Shown in pieces: positions 59,266 to 64,000 of a DNA stretch of 64,000 bases (position 1 is the first letter of the stretch; every line of letters begins with the position of its first letter). This DNA comes from Thalia democratica. Its lineage: Eukaryota. The stretch is taken from assembly GCA_965202585.1 (NCBI GenBank), contig OZ241834.1, positions 32,426,001 through 32,490,000 of the forward strand. The letters run 5' to 3'. The notes under the pieces are model-generated. The model did not search any database, had not been told where the DNA came from, and saw nothing but the letters and a program-made list of their open reading frames with translations. A program made the translations under genes and the position numbers.

Positions 59266-60231
59266 CAGTGCTTATTCACTTATCCGGATGCTCACTTATC
59301 CGGACACTTTCGGTCAGAAGAAAACTCAAAAATATTTCATTGTTAAAAACTTACATTTTTGTATGATACAAATATTTAAGCTTTCATTTTCTAAAAAAAT
59401 TTTAAGATAAATTCTACAACTTTGTTCATCATTACGACCTAATATTACTATTAAAGATTACATTCTTCATTTTTATTAAAACTAGTTTAGGTATCCAAAA
59501 TTTAGTTTAGTTATTAGATGATATTTTAGCTTATTATCGGTCTTAGCCAGAGGCCATGCCAGAGGCCACGCCAGAGGCCACACCAGAAAAAGTTTCACAA
59601 CTTATGAAATTCTTCGAACTTTCTGCTGAAATACGTGAAAAAAACTATAAAACCAACTTCTACCCTTTCTTATTTTAGTAAAACCTCCATTAAACACTAG
59701 TTTGTTAGAGTGATATTTTTTCATTAAATTGACTTAAACTTGGTCAAACTTTTTGTTTACCTTTATGTCTGTTTTTTTTTCTTTGTTAAATAAGTTTTTT
59801 TAATAGTTTAGAGAGATAGGTTTACATAATTTTTTTTTTTAAAGATTAATTAAATTCATACTTTCTCTTAAACAAAAGTTATTATTTCTTTAAAATTAAT
59901 AGTTATGGCAGTTCGAATTACAAATGATGAATTTTACTTTCTTGACCCTCAAAAAACGTATATCGTTTTAGAGGGTTAGTAAGTCTGATGTTCTTCTACC
60001 TTAGAAAAAATTAATTAATTAACCTTAAATTTAGTTTTTATTATTTATCATTTATATAATTACTATGTATTTGCTATTACCATAACACTTTTATTATGCA
60101 TTGCATTATATACAGCAGTAATATTATTATATGAAAAAATTGATCTTTTGTACTTATCCGGAATTTTAGTTATCCGGACAGGTTTACAGAAAAATGCTGT
60201 CCAACATGTACGGATAAGTGAATAAGCACTG
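59266..60231. mobile_element. Tc1/mariner-pogo-type non-autonomous element, 966 bp
   Basis: Perfect 21-bp TIR cagtgcttattcacttatccg at both ends; TA at 59264-59265 and 60232-60233; subterminal cttatccgga repeats; internal 12-bp tandem gccagaggcca(t/c) at 59546-59586. Confidence 0.92.
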
Positions 60232-61239
60232 TATTATACTATTTTAAATATTTCTTAAATATATCTTTTCAACTAAACTACAACTTTTTTATAAAAACTA
60301 AATTCTTATATTGATTTATACAAAGTTTTATCATAATCAAAACTATTAATTATAATAAAAAAATTTAAATACCTAACTTGTAATTATTTTTAATTAAAAG
60401 TAAAACACTTTTATTGTTTTCTTTTGACTCTTAAAACCTTTAACTATTTTAAATGATTAATTATAATTTGTGCTTCATTGTTAATATAAATTTTATGAAA
60501 CAATCCATTTTACTCAACTTTTTTAAAGATATAACCTCATATACAATAATTTGCCTTTCTAAAACTCAAAGTAGAGCTAAGAGTAAACCTTTGGGTAAAA
60601 ATGCATGAAGCTTAAACAAAGCTCCAATCATAAAATATATTTTAATAACTTTAAATACTTTCTCACAATATTTAAAACATATAATAATTCTCATAAATTT
60701 AAATTGTTGTATTTTTTTTTTTACTACTTAGGAAAATTTAGAAAAATTTAGAAAACATAGTCTAGTTTATTTTTAATTAAAACTAACTTTTCTTTTAGAA
60801 CAAATTAATACCTAAGCTACAACATAACCTGTTAATAAACCCCATCAACAGTGCTCGTCACATTCAAATGTTTGAAATTATTTTGCAACAATTCGTTTTG
60901 TCAGCTTGAAGTGCCATTCGCTTTGATATGACGAAGCTATCGATTAAAAAGGCGGCTCGAATTTTAAATTATTCAGCGCCGCTTCGACTATTCGCCTGCT
61001 TTTATTTTGCAAACATTTTCGCCACAATCAGTTCATATTGCGTTGATTAAAGTTGTCTAATCACATTATCGTAGCTCGACCGAGACTGTTTATTAAAATT
61101 ATGTTTAAACTTGCGTTTAGTTATTTACTTTATTCCGTTATTTTATATCTACACTTTATTGTTTATCACAATATTATAAAATCTGTAGCTTACATATTGA
61201 ACTCACTTGATAAGTAAAAAAACTTGTGCTGAAATACTT

Positions 61240-61412
61240 AGTTAATAGGTAAAAAACTAAATCTCTCTTATTCAAACAAGCATCATTCAATTAATTTAGG
61301 AATCCGTAGTATACATAAAACAAAGTTTTGGTAAGCTAAAAACTCCTGCTGAAAAAGTTTTTGAATGAAAAAACAACTATATCTTTCTTATTAAAACAAG
61401 CATCATTCAATT
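61240..61412. repeat. 120-bp-period degenerate direct duplication
   Basis: atct(c/t)tcttatt(c/a)aaacaagcatcattcaatt at 61261 and 61381. Confidence 0.7.
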
Positions 61413-64000
61413 TATCTCGGTATCTGCTGTAGCATCTTGAACAACAAGTTGCCAACAAGTGTTGTTAGTTAATTTGAATAACGTGAATATCTACATCTAG
61501 TTAAATGCTGTGCAAACATCTGATAATACACAAGGAGTTTGTTCTGGAAATTAGTGTATTGCGATTTTATCAACTGCCTTATCTTGCTTACACGGATATT
61601 GTGTTGTAAGAAAGATAACTGTGTTTAAAAATAAACTTAATCTAGTTGAGAGAAATTTTTATTGAAAAGTAAATAAATAATTTAATTACTGAGTTACAAA
61701 ATATAAACATAAGCTTAAAAGTTAACTGTTTTTTTGTCTATTAAACTAAACTTGTTTATGACTAGTATAGTAGGTTTAATAATTTCATTACTTTTCTTAC
61801 TGGTGTTTTTTGTATGTAAAAAAAATGGCATTGTTAGAAGCTTAACAACTCTAAATATACAATAACGAAAATACGAAGGTTAATACAAAAATAGTATAGT
61901 TTTAACTAAATCTTAATAATTTCAGTACTAGGTTTAAATATAAAACAAGAATAAAATAATTTAAATAATTAAATTTCTAGCCTTGTTGTAACAGACTTAT
62001 TTAATCAAGAAGAACAAGAAAAAAAAATTTTCACCTAAAAACTTTATTCATATATAAAGTTATATTTTCTACTTCCTTTTTTTACTTTTATGTAGTTTTG
62101 ATCATACAACTCCGATCATCAGACCACTTAAACCCGGGTGTGATTGAAATTTTTATAGAAATTTCACATGTTCTTGAGCTTGTCTAAAGGCACAAGAAAT
62201 TCGAGAATCTAACAGACTTTTGCCGATGTTTTTTTATCGTGTACTTCAATTTAAGATAAACACAAAAACAGTCTACTATATTATAAGTTTTTTGTATCAC
62301 GTTTTTAACAGACTTTACAAAAATAATATCGAATATGCTCGTTAAATTAGAGGTAATAATTTTTATTGACATTGCACTCTTTAATCAACAAAAAGTTAAA
62401 ATGTTCCAGTTTACTACGTCCAACGACCTGGTGCACGAAAAAACATTTCTTTTATCGAGTCGTATACCATTTGGATACCTTTTAACGTCTTGTCCAGGCA
62501 AAGGTATAAAGAATTAAGTAGCTTGACTTAAATCTTTTTAAAAGTTTATTTATACCACATAAAACTTTTTTATAATAACTTGAATATTATAAGGGTGTTT
62601 TTGTTAAACTTACTTCGTCACCTTATTTTGCTTATATTTAGTTGTTTAAAGTTCAAGTATTTTATTTAATAAAATAATTAGGCCACTAAGTTTTGTATTG
62701 GAACATATAATTTTAATTTAAAAGCTTTTTGATATCATTAACAAAAAAATTCAAGTTTATAGTTTGTTTATTTTTATTGAAGTTTTTGATTTTATCATAT
62801 CGAAAACTCTTTAAATGACAAGGGCATATTCTTATAAATAAACTTTATAAAATTACAAAGTTTACTATGCACAAGTTCATTTTATTGTTTTACTTATTAT
62901 TAAGATAATCTTTATGCAAATATGCTAACGTAAGGCTGATTTTTGTGAATAATTTGAATAAATAACATAATGATATAGTAACAACATTTTAGTTTTTTAA
63001 ATGTTTTTGTTATATTAAAAGTTTTGAATTAAAAAACGATTAGAGGTGTCTACTTCATAAATGGAGAAAACAAAATTCTCAAAATGTTTTTATTATATCC
63101 CTATAAAAAGTTTTATTAGCAATTGGCTAAAATTTTGTTTTCATAACTTATGTTCAGAGCTTAAAAAAAAAGTCATTAATTTGCTTGTTTATCATGATCT
63201 AATAATTGTAACTTGAATGCTAAAAATAACATATACTTATTTAGTTTCCATTTACTTTCAAAGTTTTACTAAGACTTTATTAAGTACAGCAAGACCAATT
63301 TTAGTTAAAATAAATTATTGAACACAAAATCAAATTAATGCTCAAAAGTATGGCCAAAAGACATGATGTATAAAAATATCTCTTGGTCATTGAGCTATAT
63401 ACACTTTATTAAGGTTAACTTAAGGTTTTAAACCTGTAAGTAACTTTTTTATTTATTTTTTTTCTAGTCATAATAAGACAATCAACAGTGTTTCAATTAT
63501 TCAGAAATATTAAAAGTTAATTGATGTTTATTTAATTTTATATGAGCGTCTTAAATATTAAAATATATAATAAGTAGCTTGTGCTTCACCTTGAAGAGTT
63601 TAAGTAAAATAATACGATTCCTAATTGTAGTGAAAATAAAATCTAATTTGTACAAATTTTTCCGAAATGAAATGCTAGAGGATTAGTTTTATAATGACAG
63701 TATTCTATTTTGATTCTATAAAGAAAGTTTTAAAAACCTTAAAGTTATTATAACAGTAAGTTCTAAGAAACTTTGAGATTTCCAGTTTTGTGTTGATATT
63801 ATACTTAATTCTATGTTTAATTTATTGCTTTAAACCATTCTAGAGTATGAGCTATATTTACTTAGAATTAATATCAATATCTTCGTTTAATTGTTTAATT
63901 ACTTATTATTTGCCATCAATATTTAAAAATGTTTTTACACAGAAACTATAGCACTTAAAAGTTTAGCAATTTAGTGTTTTAAAGTCTGACGATGGATGGC

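Noticed and set aside
62410-62503. Possible + strand exon (YYVQRPGARKNISFIESYTIWIPF)
   Set aside because: Splice sites are plausible, but I found no partner exon or recognisable homology, so it is not called as CDS.
1-64000. tRNA, rRNA, snRNA or SL RNA genes
   Set aside because: No cloverleaf, A/B-box or snRNA signature was spotted by eye; an Infernal/tRNAscan run would be needed to exclude them.

Overview
AT-rich eukaryotic (metazoan) genomic DNA with GC-richer exons. The taxon is possibly an ascidian tunicate, inferred only from compositional habits. All recognisable genes are on the minus strand and were assembled by hand from splice sites and reading-frame phase. (1) 1-1348 is a 327-bp tandem repeat folded back on itself as a large palindrome. 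(2) ~1636-2125 is a decayed SNIP1/Pml1 FHA-domain pseudogene absent from the ORF track. (3) 7264-32109 is a 16-coding-exon, ~1494-aa SRCIN1/KIAA1217 (sickle tail, AIP3-domain) family gene. (4) 40666-46314 holds three tandem paralogous orphan genes. Each has a TATA box, a non-coding first exon and a 5'-UTR intron, and encodes a signal/TM segment, a cationic amphipathic helix and a Lys-rich tail; this is the best candidate for an undescribed system. (5) 48173-54307 is a 10-exon, ~631-aa SAPCD2 homologue. There are also several TA-flanked MITEs, minisatellites and duplications centred on 5' splice sites, a strong bias to GTT donors, and heavy TGACGTCA enrichment inside exons. No tRNA, rRNA or CRISPR array was seen.
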